From the human T2T-CHM13v2.0 reference genome, Homo sapiens, in the NCBI RefSeq assembly GCF_009914755.1, contig NC_060929.1: a stretch of 64,000 nucleotides of DNA; one strand, given 5' to 3'. This document shows, piece after piece, positions 23,934 through 38,415 of this stretch; the stretch's first letter is position 1, and the number at the start of each line of letters is the position of its first letter. A program made the position numbers and the translations under genes. The notes beneath the pieces were generated by a model. That model was not told the DNA's origin, searched no databases, and saw nothing but the letters and a program-made list of their open reading frames with translations.

Positions 23934-24971
23934 CTTTTTGGTTTTATCTACCTTTGGTCTTTGATGATGGTGGTGTACAGATGGGGTTTTGGTATGGATG
24001 TCCTTTCTGTTTGTTAGTTTCCCTTCTAACAGTCAGGACCCTTAGCTGCAGGTCTGTTGGAGTTTGCTTGAGGTCTGCTCCAGACCTGTTTGCCTGGGCA
24101 TCAGCAGTGGAGGCTGCAGAACAGTGAATATTTAACAGCAAACACTGCTGCCTGATCGTTCCTCTGGAAGCTTCATCTCAGAGGGGTACCCGGCCATGTG
24201 AGGTGTCAGTCTGCCCCTACTGGGGGATGCCTCCCAGTTAGGCTACTCGGGTGTCAGGGACCCACTTGAGGGGGCAGTCTGTCCATTCTCAGATCTCAAA
24301 CTCTGTGCTGGGAGAACCACTACTCTCTTCAAAGCTGTCAGACAGGGACATTTAAGTCTGCAGAGGTTTCTGCTGCCTTTTCTTTGGCTATGCCCTGCCA
24401 CCAGAGGTGGAGTCTACAGAGGCAGGGAGTCCTCCTTGAGCTGCAGCGGGTTCCACCCAGTTCGAGCTTCTGGGCTGCTTTGTTTACCTACTCAAGCCTC
24501 AGCAATGGTAGGCGCCCCTCCCCCAGACTTGCTGCCACCTTGCAGTTCGATCTCAGACTGCTGTGCTGGCAATGAGCTAGGCTCTGTGGGTGTGGGACCC
24601 TCCGTGCCAGGCGCGGGATATAATCTCCTGATGTGTCGTTTGCTAAGACCATTGGAAAAGCACAGTATTAGGGTGGGAGTGACCCAATTTTCCAGGTGCC
24701 ATTTGTCACAGCTTCCCTTGGCTAGGAAAGGGAATTCCCTCACCCCTTGTGCTTCCCGGGTGAGGTGATGCCTCGCCCTGCTTTGGCTCACGCTCGGTGG
24801 GCTGCACCCTCTATCCTGCACCCACTGTCGGAAAAGCCCCAGTGAGATGAACCCAGTACCTCAGTTAGAAATGCAGAAATCACCCGTCTTCTGCATCGCT
24901 CATGCTGAGAGCTGTAGAGTGGGGCTCTTCCTATTCAGCCATCTTGAAATCGCCCCCTCTAGTACGCTTTT

Positions 24972-26740
<1,769 letters not shown>

Positions 26741-29700
26741 CCCCTCAAGTGACTCTTTGTCTCTTTATTCCGTTTTATTTTCCTTCTAAGCTCTCTTCAC
26801 TGCATGACCCACTATATTTTCATCTCTTAGTCTATTTTTGTCTTCAATTAGAATGTAAAGTCAATAATAACAAGTTTTATTTTTCTTCACTGTTGTATCC
26901 CCAATGTCTGACAGCTATGCTTTGCACATAGTAGCTGCTCAATAAAAATGTATGTCATGACTTAGGTTAAATAATATGAAATTTCTGCTATTCATCTGGT
27001 TTTGAACTTCAAAATGGAAATCTCTTACATTTCAAACTGAATAAAAGAGGATCTGAATGGCTAAGGATTATCACCATTTTCCTTGTGATATGAAACTCAT
27101 TATAGGAGGTATTAATATATTTTATAGTTTATTATATATAATTAATTTAAAAAATAGTAAATGGAGAAATACAAACTCAGAGAAGTTAAATGTCTTGCTG
27201 ACTTGCCTAAGATTACACAATATTAGGCAGTACTGTAGTAGAACCAGGACCAGAATTTTGTATGTACCAGGCACTGTTAGAGATTCTGGGGATGAAACAG
27301 CGACTGTAATAGACTTCTGGGTATTTCTAGGAGTAAGAGAGACAAAAAAGAAGCAAGCAGCTGTAACAGGGTAGTGAATGAAATTGTTCTTACTTTCTTG
27401 AAACTTTAAGCGTCCCAAACTGAGGACAATATGCAATATGGAACCTCATAAACTAAAGAGCAACATGGAGCTGCCAAACACCCCTTCAGGGCCAGACTGG
27501 TTCTTTAATTTTCACCCCCCACAACTGCATCCAACCTGTATACACAGAAAACTGAAATTCACAGGCATAGCAGCACTGATTCACAGTAAGGGGTAGGCCT
27601 GGAAGTCAACAGTACTGTTGCTTTATTCCAGCTCTCTTCATATTCACGGTAGGGATAGGAAGAGTTTGGATTGTAAGTGCCTAGCCTGCCTGCTTGGACT
27701 ACACTGTGCAACTGTTGCTTCAGAGAGACCTGATGTGGTGGAATTATGAGAAAACATGTAAAGCAAATCCACAAGCAAAACAATAGAAGAAAGCACATCT
27801 AATTCCTATTTTGCCCGTAGAGAAACTGTGAGTAAACTTGAGGTGCTGTCTTAGGGATTCACCTGTTTATGATATAACTCAAATTGGAGAGCTCCCCAAC
27901 TATGTAGACCTAAATGAAGCCAAGTTAATGTCCACAATACACTCATTCACACTTCCAATTCCGGGTACCTATCTTTACATTTAAAGGAAATGAAGAACAT
28001 CCGTTAGCAGATGGTAGTCTACATAAGGGCCCATGAAATACACCTGTGTCTTGCAGACCCCAGTTACAAAGGAAACAGCTGTTGACCTGGACCAGCATTT
28101 GTTAGTTTTCCATTAGCTCATAGTGTTCACTAGGCCATCTGTAGCATGGAACTAAGTAAATGGAGTCACTTTTCTATGGTTGGCTCATTTCCATAGCTCA
28201 TTATGTAGGAAGGCTGATAAAGCATTATTGTGCCAAAGCATTAAAAAACTCAAGTTCTGGAAAAGTTTCCAGAAAGGTCATCATTAACAGGGCTAGTCAA
28301 TAAGCTCCCCACCTCATGTAGATGCTGTACTAATCCTGTGATAGCCCATGGGGGAGGAGACCTCTACTTGAATCGCTGTCAACTGTTGATGAGGAATGGG
28401 GCAGAGGCTTAGCATATTCACATTTATTTTCTGATAGCACACTTCCTGCCCTCTCTACCTTTCTTCCTTTCTTCTTCCAGAAACATTTATTGTCACTGAC
28501 ATGGAGATGAAGTATTTTGAACGCTCAAGGTGCAAAATTAAACTTTCCTTTCATTATCTTCTATTAGGAGGCTCTCTGTCTCTTTCACTCACTGGACTGT
28601 AAATCACAGGAAAGAAGGAACCATTCTGGGTGTTGGGTTCTTGTTACCTATCATACCATCTGGCACATAGTAGGTGTTCAATAAATACCCATTGGTTGAA
28701 AGTATGAAAAAGGAATTTTGATCATGAGCCTAGACAACCAGTCTATACTGGTCTTTAAAAGCACTCCAGATTTACAGGCTGAAAATGGGATTAAAAATCC
28801 AAAGACAAACAGAAGAAAAAAACCTTAAACACAGCAGGATTTATGACCATTACAGAGCTAAAAGTACATTATATTCTAATACTAAGGCAGTATACCAGGC
28901 TGCCTTTGTTATCATTCATATAAACTCCTCTAGCTCACTTTCTGATTTTTCCTTCCAATAATTTGCCCTTGATTAACTTTGTTTTTTTAAACTAACATTT
29001 ATTAAGTACCAATATTGTGCAGAAATGCTGTGCATTTGTTTTCTCCTGTAAATTACATGAAGCAACGTTCACCCCAATTTTGGAAATGGGAAAAATTGAA
29101 GCTCTCAGAGTTTAAGTAAGTTCTCACAGGTAGTAAATAGAATGGCTAGGATTGGAACCCAGGTTTATGGGCTGCTACAACACAGTTTGTTAAATATCAG
29201 GTGGCTCCTTCAGTGTTCCTTGCTATATACCTCACCCTTTTAAATTCCATTTTGGAAAAAATTCCTGAGAACTCTGTTCTTCAGTCCTTTATTTGTTTTT
29301 CTTTTGCCCATGAATCTGATTACATATAAGTTATACCCATGACCTTCAGTATTTTGCCAGACCTTGGCCAGGGGTGGCTCTTCTAGCCAATGGATATCAT
29401 CATGGTGGTTGCCCTCGGAAGACATGAGAACCTGCAGGAGGAGGACTTTGGAAATTTGGAACCCATTGGCCCAGGGAAAGAGCTGAATATTTCTAGGGAG
29501 GCCAGACCCACCAGGGACTGCTGCATTGGTCATAAATGTAATACCATGGGACTTAGGCAGAGAACAAGCAAGCCTGATCCCAGAGTTGAGGAATAGCCAG
29601 GGGGTTATGGCTCTTTCCAGATTCAAATACTGTCCCTGTCTCTACAAAAGCAATACATCTTTCTGGGGGGCCCCACACACCTTCCTGAGAATCCTGCCAG

Positions 29701-30718
29701 ATTTCTGCCTTTCCTAAGGCTGCACCTTGGGAACCACTCTCTTATTTCCTTCATCTTCTGTGACCCTCTTTCCTGGCTTTATGGATATTTTCAGCAGGAG
29801 CCACCATCAATGCTGACTGAAAAGGACATCTTTTGCATCATCATCTAGGAAGATTGGCTCCGGGGTGTCTCTTTCATCAATTTATACTTAACCCAATGAA
29901 AAAGAGCTTCACAGATGATAGCACAATGTCCAGGCGCATCTAGGGAAGGGCATTGCTAATTAGGATATATTAATATCCTCTCTTGAACTGATTCTCCAAT
30001 TTTTTTTTGCTTTCTTTCTAATGAAAGAATCCTTAGCATCTACTTGAATTCAAGCATGCATATTTTTTCTGCTATAATACTTTCTTTTCATTTGACAGGC
30101 AGGATTGTCTTACAAGGAAAAGCTGAACACTCTGACAGCTGATTACATTACATGCCTTTTTTATTCTGCTCCACAAAGAGAACTGGATGACAGTGATGAT
30201 GACCTGTGAAAAGCAATTAAGGCCTCAGGATCATTTCTACTTGTGGGCTGGAGATTAGATGACAGAGGGCACCAAGGGATTGTTTATAATGGATAATAGG
30301 TTCTTTGTGTAAGGTGCAGGGTAGGACATGAAATGTCTTAGATTCTGTAGCAATGTGTTATTTTTCTGTCCCAAAATACGTAGACAAACCCAACAGAACT
30401 CTTTAGTGCTGGTAGATCAACTTAATCTTTTCTGCTTTTGCCAACAATATTTCACAGAGGATGTGTCCATTTGTCTTTTTCAGGAACAGCCAGTTTTCCT
30501 CTGTTACTGAGGTGTAGGACTTTCAGAAAATTGCTTCATATCCTGGATGCATTGCAGCCCTGTGGACATTTCGATAGGGAATAAAAGCAGCTATCCCTTC
30601 AAAGACGGACTTGTGAATAACTTAACATCTAACAATAGAATCGTAATGCTTAAGAGCACTACCTAAGCAGTTTTATCATCTATGAGGCTGGTTGTGCTGG
30701 ACATGGAGCATTTCATTT

Positions 30719-30931
30719 CTTTTTTTCTTCTCTTTTTTTTTTGTTTTTAAGACAGGGTCTCAATGTGTTGCCCAGGCTGGACTACAGTGGCACAATCACA
30801 GCTCACTGCAGCCTCGAGCTCCTGGGGCTCAAGCAATCCTCCCAGCTCAGCCTCCAAAGTAGCTGGGACCACAGGTCCACACCACCATGCCTGGCTAATT
30901 TTTGGTATTTTTTGCAGAGACAGGATCTCAC
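30719..30931 (-). mobile_element. 5'-truncated AluJ-like element
   Basis: Right arm plus linker, with J-type ctcactgcagcctcg..ggctcaagcaatcctccc. Confidence 0.8.
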
Positions 30932-32399
30932 TTATCTACTTGAATTCATTGTTTTTGCTGAAAGACGTGATGTTTTGCCTGTTCTGATTGCGGGCAGCAG
31001 TATTTACTGTTCAGTTTAGCATGTGGAGTTGGTATAAAACATGTGTAAAAACATTAAGATTTGGCACCTTATGTAGAAAACCTGCTACACTTCAAAGTAG
31101 AATAATTGCCAGCTACTCAGATAAACTTGGTGGGGAAAAGACGAGTTTCCATAACACCAAAGCAATGTCTGCCTGAACCATATGTTTTCCAATTCAAAAA
31201 ACAGGTTTTTGGATTCAAAACGTCCTCCCTCTTTCTTTATTTTATTATTGGTAATATGACAAGTAGAAAAACAGCAGGAAACATTTAGGACCACATAATA
31301 GAGGGTCATTTCCAGAAAACAAACAAGTTCATTGGGACATTCCAGAAAGAAAACCTTGATATGCCCATGAATATTTGCTCTATTCTGGAACTTTTGACAT
31401 AGAGGAGGTGTAATGGAAAGCATCCTGGACTGAAATAATTTCTGATTTCCACTCTTCAAGCTCAAGGTGTGAAAGGTAAGGGTGATAAATAAGGAGAATA
31501 CTGTACTATGCACTAGACTCTCTGCATCAATCTGCGTATTCATGTGTCGATGGGTACAGTAATTATTTGTGTCTGCTGAACATCTTTTGAAAATGCTCTC
31601 TTATGTCTTGTAGTTTTCCATCTTTTGAGTCCTGTCTCATCAAAGCATGCTGCAAAAACTGCATCAGAATCTTTTGCTACTTAAGGTACAAGCAAGTGAC
31701 CTAGTTTTCCTCATTCAGATGCACCCCTACCAAAGACCGATGAGAAAGAGACCCCTGTTAGGATGTGGCCACAGAGAGATAGATTTTCTGGTAGTTGTGG
31801 TGGAAGAAAGGTTCCGGTTCTTCTGGGGTTGTGGCGCTGGAGTTTCCGGCTCTCAATCTCGGGTATGATCAGGGCTGAGCAGTGGGTGGTGGTAGCAGGG
31901 CTGTTTTCACTAATACATTTCCCCACAGGTAGAAGATGGGCATTGTTCCTGTATTTCTAGCTGTTTAGCATTTTAAGTCCAATTCTCTGACTCTTTGAGA
32001 TTCTGACACTTTCTCATATATTCAATAAGTCTCATTTTGCTCAAATTAGTTAGAAATCATCCTGTGATTTTCAACTAAGAGTCTTAACCTGAATAATGGA
32101 GATAAGAAATAGTAACAGAGGGGCAGTTTAACCTCAGTTATGATAGCTAGAAAGGGCGTTGGAAATGGAATATTGGATGTGAACACAGAATAAAAGAATC
32201 TGATAGAGATTTTCAGGTGTCTTCAAATATGGAAGTTGTTTTCTTGCTTAAATAAAGGAATGTTTTGTCAACTTCCCCTATAGCTGTACAAGAAATAGCA
32301 TTAAGGGAAAAAGTCTTGAGCATTTACAAGAGATTGTTAAATTGCATAAAGAAAATAAGTCCTGAATCATCATCTGGGATAATTTATTATTTGCTTTTT

Positions 32400-32429
32400 G
32401 GTGTGTGTGTGTGTGTGTGTTTTTTTTTT
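32400..32429. repeat. (TG)n microsatellite followed by a T run
   Basis: ~10 GT units read directly. Confidence 0.9.
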
Positions 32430-32530
32430 ACTATGCACATGAGTTTACTCTTATGAGTTTACTACACAATGTAGCTTCATTAAAGAAAAATTAGAAATAT
32501 AAAAAACACAAAACCAAAGGAAAATTCTCC

Positions 32531-32984
32531 TGTGATGATTAATTTATGTGTCAACTGGCCAGGCTATATAGTTCCTAAAGTGATTTAATAAAACCTAACT
32601 TAGGTGTTACTGTGAAGATATTTTAGCAATGTGGTTAACATCTACAATCAGCTGACTTTAAGTAAAGGAGATTACCTTGTATAATGTGGGTTGGCCTTAC
32701 CCAAGCAGTTGAAGGCCTTATAAGCAAAAACTGAAGGTTCCCACCGAATAAGAAATTCTGCCTCAAGACAGTCTTATGGAAATGCTGCCTATGTTTCTAG
32801 CCTACTGGCCTATCCTTTGAGTTTTAAACTTGCCAGCCCCCACAATCCTATAAACTAATTGCTTAAAATAAATCTCTCTCTATATATATATATATAAAAA
32901 TATATAAATATAAATATATATAAATATAAATATATATATATATCTCCTATTAATTCTGTTTCCTGGAGAATCCTGACTGATACA
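32531..32984 (+). mobile_element. MLT2 solo LTR with internal (TA)n tract
   Basis: TGTGATGATTAATTTATGTGTCAACT ... CCTGACTGATACA. Flanks ttctcc / ttcacc. Confidence 0.8.
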
Positions 32985-33115
32985 TTCACCCACAAGACCA
33001 TCACCCTCTAATATCACATGCTAATATCATGGTATCTTTACTCATTTTTTTTTCTTTTCTTTTCTTTTCTCAGACCTCTCAGGGTGAATTCATATTTTTT
33101 CTATATACATTTATA

Positions 33116-34698
33116 CAGTCATATAATGCATAACAACATTTCAGCCAGTAATGGACCACATATACAATAGTGGTCCCATAAAATTAAAATGGAGTGGAAA
33201 AATTCCTATTGTATAACAATGTTGTAGCCATCCTAATATAGCATAATGCATTGCTCATGTGTTTGTGGTGATGCTAATGTAAAGAAAACTACTGTGCGTC
33301 CAGTGGTATAAAAGTATAGCACATATAATTATGTACAGTACATAATGTTAGCTAATGATAATAAACAACTATGTTACTAGTTTATATGTTTACCATACTG
33401 TACTTTAAAAAAATTATTTCTATTTTTTTTTTTTTATTTTTTTGAGACAGAGTCTCGCTCTGTCGCCCAGGCTGGAGTGCAGTGGTGCAATCTCAGCTTA
33501 CTACAACCTCTGCCTGTTGGGTTCAAGTGATTCTCCAGCCTCAGCCTCCTGAATAGCTGAGATTACAGGCATGCACCACTATGCCTGGTTAATTTTTGTA
33601 TGTTAACTAGAGACAGAGTTTCACCATGTGGGCCAGGCCGGTCTTGAACTCTTGACCTCAAGTGATCTGCCTGCCTGGCCTCCCAAAGTGCTGGGACTGC
33701 AGAAGTTTGCCACCATACCCAGCCCCATACTATATTTTTAATCATTATTTTAGAGTGTACTTCTACATATATATAAAAAGAGTTAACTGTAAAACAGCCT
33801 CAGGTAGGTCCTTCAGGAGGTATTCCAGAAGAAGGCATTGTTATCATAGGAGATGACAGTTCCATGAGTGTCATTCCCCATAAAGCCCTTCCAGTGGGAT
33901 AAGATGTGGAAGTGGAAGACAGTGATATTGATAATCCTGATTCTGTGTAGGCCTAGGCTGTGTGTGTTTGTGTACTATTTTTTAAGAAGAAAATTAAAAA
34001 GTAAAACAAAATAAATAAAATAGATAAAAATTTTATAGAATAAGGACATAAAGGAAGAATATATTTTTGTACAGCTGTACAATGTATGTTTTAAGCCAAC
34101 TTATTACAAAAGAGCCAAATAAAACAGTCAAACTTTCATTTTTTTAAATTAAAATTTTAATTTTTAATTTTTTAAAAAATTAAATTTATAAAGTAAAAGT
34201 CTACAAGAAGCTAAGTTTAATTTATTATAGAACAAATAAAAATATCTATTTATGAATTTAGTGTAGGCTAAGTATACAGTGTTTATAAAGTCTACAGTAG
34301 TGTACAGTAATGTCTTAGGCCCTCACATTCAATCACCACTTGCTGATTCACCCACAGCAACTTACAGTCCTGAAAGCTCTTTTCATGGTTAGATATACAG
34401 GCGAATCATTTTTTTTCTCTTTTATACTGCATTTTAACCATGCCTTTTCTATATTTAGATATGTCTAGATATAAAAATATTTACCATTGTGTTACAATTC
34501 CCTACAGTGTTCAGTATAGTAACATATTCTACAACTTTGTAGCCTAGGAGCAACAGGCTATAGCGGGTAGCCTAGATGTGTAATAGGCTAAACCTTCCAG
34601 GCTTATGTCAATATACTTCATAATGTTCACACAATGATGAAATTGCCTAATGACATATTTCTTAGACTGTATTCCCATTGTTAAGTGATACATGACTG
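33116..34698 (+). mobile_element. Tigger3b-like DNA transposon with nested Alu
   Basis: TA|CAGTCAT...ATGACTG|TA terminal inverted repeats with TA duplication. ~1.27 kb without the Alu. Confidence 0.85.
33413..33724 (-). mobile_element. AluS element nested in Tigger3
   Basis: Full dimer. Degenerate TSD ccatactgtacttt / ccatactatatttt. Confidence 0.88.
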
Positions 34699-34872
34699 TA
34701 TATATGTGCAACTATTTACCCATTTATTTACAAAATAGGATAATACTATTCACACTGTATGTTAGGATGCTTTTTTCCCCCACTCAGCAGTTTACCTTGA
34801 ATACATTTCCAAATCAATGAATATACTTTTAAAAACATCATTTTTAATTTATTGCTGCATTATTGATAATAA

Positions 34873-35490
34873 TCAAGATATGTAAACAACCTAAATATTC
34901 ATCAACCAATGAATGAATAAAGAAAAATGTGGTATGTATATATACAATGGAATGTTCTTTAGCCTTACAAGAAGGCTATCCTGCCATCTGTGACCATATG
35001 GACGAACCTGGGGGACATTATACTGTATGAAATAAACTAGACACACAAACACAAATACTGCATGACTTCATTTATATGTGGAATCTAAGACAGTCAAACT
35101 TATAGAAGCAGATAGTGGAATGGTGTTTGCCAGGGAATAGGAAGGGGGAAAGTGGGAAGGAGAAATTGGGAGATGTCAGTCAAAAGATATAAAGTTTCAG
35201 TTATACAAAATGAATAAATTCTGGAGCTCTAACGTACAGTGTGGTGACTACAGTTAACAAATACCATATTGTATACTTTACATTTTTTAAGCAGATAGGT
35301 CTTAAATGTTCTCACTGCACCAAAAAAGAGAAAAAAGAAAATAAGAATGGTAACTATGTGGGGTGATAGATATGTTAATTAGCTTGATTGGGATGATTAT
35401 TTTACAGTGTATATGTATATCAAAACATCAAGTTGTACACTTAAATATATAGTTTTGATTTGTCAATTATACCTTGATAAACCTGAAAAA
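34873..35490 (+). mobile_element. L1MA/MB-type 3' end fragment
   Basis: caacctaaatattcatcaaccaatgaatgaataaagaaaaatgtgg ... gtcaattataccttgataaac. Confidence 0.75.
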
Positions 35491-36550
35491 TGTGTGCCAG
35501 TTTTATAAGCAAAAAACTAAAGAAACAAACTCAAGAAATAAACCCCATCATTTTTTAGTGCCAGTTTATTATCCCATTGTGTGAATAGACAATTTCTGAA
35601 AATAGCTCTAAAGATATCCTTTAAAAGTCCTAGAATTAGAACTTCTGGATGAATAAAATTCATATTTTTAAAACTTTTGGCACATACTGCAAATTGCCGT
35701 AAAGAAAAAGAATACCAACTTATACTCTTATTTATGAGTGTCCTTTCCCCACACTTTAACCAATTCATTTTATTATCATTCAAATTATTTTCTAGTTTAG
35801 AATTTTAAAAAACTAACATGTATTATTTAAAAATTTTATGTTGGTGTATATGTATTTTTACCTAATGGAGATTACAGTGTATGTATATATGTAAGTAAAT
35901 ATATATTCTACTTTTAAAAATAGTTATTACAAATAATTTCTTGTATTATAAAACTTTCGAATTCATTTTTAGTGACCTAATAACATTCCACTTCACAGAT
36001 GTGCCATAATTGATTCGTGCATTCTGCAATTAGTTATACTCTCTCATTTTTGCCAAAATTTCTATTTCCTTAGGATATTTTCTCAGAATGGGATTATAGG
36101 ATCAAAAATTAGGAATCTTTATGAGCTTTTGATACCAGTGAATGTTCTCATTAGTAGAATAAGTCTGTTTCACCACGTTCATTGATTTTGAATATTGGCT
36201 TAAAAAGTGAGAAAAATGTTACAAATATATGTATGTATGTAAGAGCAAAGCAGGTATTGCATTAAAAATACTAATGAGGGTTAATTTTGGCCCTCATCTA
36301 GATTCATTTGCTATTTCTATTTCTTGTTTTATAAATGAGAATGAGGGACTTGAAACAAGTATTTAGTGAATCCATTCACATTGGGAAAACGTTTCCCAGG
36401 TTTCTACATTTGTATTAACTTACACTGTAGCATAGGAGAAATAGCTAGGGCAACAAAAATGGAGTTTATGAAGTATAAAAATTGTAATTATAAATTCTGA
36501 TAAATTACAGATATGAATGTAAAAACCTTTTACAATTACCTGTCTTTTAG

Positions 36551-36637
36551 GGCCAGAGGATCTACTACCACAGAACCATTCTAGATGTGAGTTCCTAGTG
36601 TGAAAGGACTGGGAGTTAACAGAAGAGCCACAGTGAG
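36551..36637 (+). ncRNA. Probable internal exon (87 nt) of a plus-strand transcript antisense to PCSK1 (LOC101929710 / long CAST 5'-leader type)
   Basis: cctgtcttttag|GGCC ... GTGAG|gtagag in non-repeat sequence. Position agrees with my unverified recollection of an annotated antisense lncRNA exon ~13.5 kb from PCSK1 codon 690. Confidence 0.55.
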
Positions 36638-37044
36638 GTAGAGTTTGCTGTGTTTATATTTGCATCGAAGTTATTTTAAAATATTATTTTCTCTCTCCTG
36701 CACACAATATTTTTGATTCTATAGCATACATAGAATTTATATGTTTGATTCTATAGCATAAGTTCATTTCTCCTCAATCAGCCCTTTTGGCCATTTTGTT
36801 AAAGATCAGAGGTGTAGCCACATTAAGGAAAAGCATTCGAATCTGGGTTAGCCCTATCCATGGTGGCAGTTATTACCTGAGTGCCAGTGCCAGGATTGGA
36901 TAGAGGGGGTATACAGCAGCCTGTCCTGAATGGTGTCTGAACAGGACCATTTCTGGTTCAATGTAGCCCTCCTTGGTTTTAACCTGTATCACATGAGCTT
37001 GCCTAAAAGGAACAATATCCCTTAATATTGAAAATTCGCTAACA

Positions 37045-38415
37045 CGGCAATTCTTAAATTATCATGCGCACAACCCTGGAAGTCCTGATATCTTTTCAGG
37101 GTGTCTGCAAAGCCGGCATGATTTCGTAATAATCCTCACATGATTTGGCTTTTTCACTTTGTTGATATTTAGATTGATGGTACAAAAGCTATTGGTGGTG
37201 CCTTAGTTACACCAAACTGTACTAGAAGTCATTTTATGCTTCACCCTTACATACTCATAATTTTTTAAAAAATTCCAGATGCAATTAAAAATACTCTTGG
37301 TGAAGCAGTAAAAATTAAATATAGACCCTTGAATATATGCCTTTTAAGTTGGGTGATGAAATGTGAAGTTTATATAAAGCACTTTACTGCATGCCAAATT
37401 ATCAGGCTTTTCCTGAAGAAAAATATTTGTGTAATTGTTTGAGTTGCAAACTGAACTGGTTGCTTTTTCATCGAACATCATTTTTACTTGAAAAAGAAAA
37501 AGACTTATGGAAAAACTGTGGTTATTCTGACCTGAGTATTTGGCAGAAAAAAAATTCTTGAAAATGAATAAAATGAGCCTGTCACTTCAAGGAAAACAAC
37601 TGATAGTCTTTGTTGCCAGTGATGAAGTTTGAGCTTTCAAGTGAAATTAAAGTTTCAGAAAACTTGTATCTACTACCATGAGGTTGATGGTTTCTTAATA
37701 TTTAGAGGTTTTATTATGAAATTAGGAATATTAACTAATGCATTTTAAAAAATTATTGTATGATGAAATGTGTCAATATTTGGAACATTTGCATAACTCA
37801 GTGAATCAATGTTGTCCAAATAGCAATGCTTGGGGGTTACAAAATTACGCGTGGGTAAAAACTCTATTCAAAGTTCAAGATAGACCAATAGATTTTAATT
37901 TAGGAGAGCCGAAAAAGTTTATTGGTATAGTTTCAGAGTCTACATTGTATCTTTTAAAAAACATCTTGTTGAATCTTGGTGTAGTATCACAGGAGAATAT
38001 CCACAACTATGTTCCTTCCTTTTTCAGCCATATCTTTGTGAAGCTGCCTTTTCTTCATATACTTCAACCAAAATTTCATATTGCAGCAGGTTGAATGCTG
38101 AAGTACATATCAGAATCCAGCATTCTTCTATTAAGCCAGACACTGAAGAGATTTGCAAAAATATAAAACAATGCAATTCTTCTCATTAACATTATGTTTT
38201 GGAAATATAATTATTTTTCATAAAAATATGTTAATTATGTTAATATACAGTGGGTTTATTACTGTAATTTTATAATTAATAAGTAGATATTTAATTTTTT
38301 CCATTTTTAAATACAGAAAGTTTCAATAGATATAATCCACAAACAAAAACCCTTTGGGGTCCTCAATAATGTTGAGTGTGAGTGGTGTATGATTCCAAAA
38401 ACTTTAAGAACTGTT
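37045..38415 (+). mobile_element. Charlie1a-like hAT DNA transposon with transposase remnant
   Basis: Degenerate TIRs. ORF 37738-38094 (EMCQYLEHLHNSVNQ..NYAWVK..FKVQDRPIDFN) resembles Charlie1 transposase. Confidence 0.72.

Noticed and set aside
29240-29717. Cluster of overlapping 60-130 aa ORFs
   Set aside because: No homology I can recognise and no supporting gene structure.
30070-30490. Good-looking plus-strand acceptors at 30098 and 30483
   Set aside because: There is no convincing paired donor, so the sequence alone is insufficient.
31085-31543. 152-aa minus-strand ORF in unique sequence
   Set aside because: No recognisable domain or exon context; compatible with chance.
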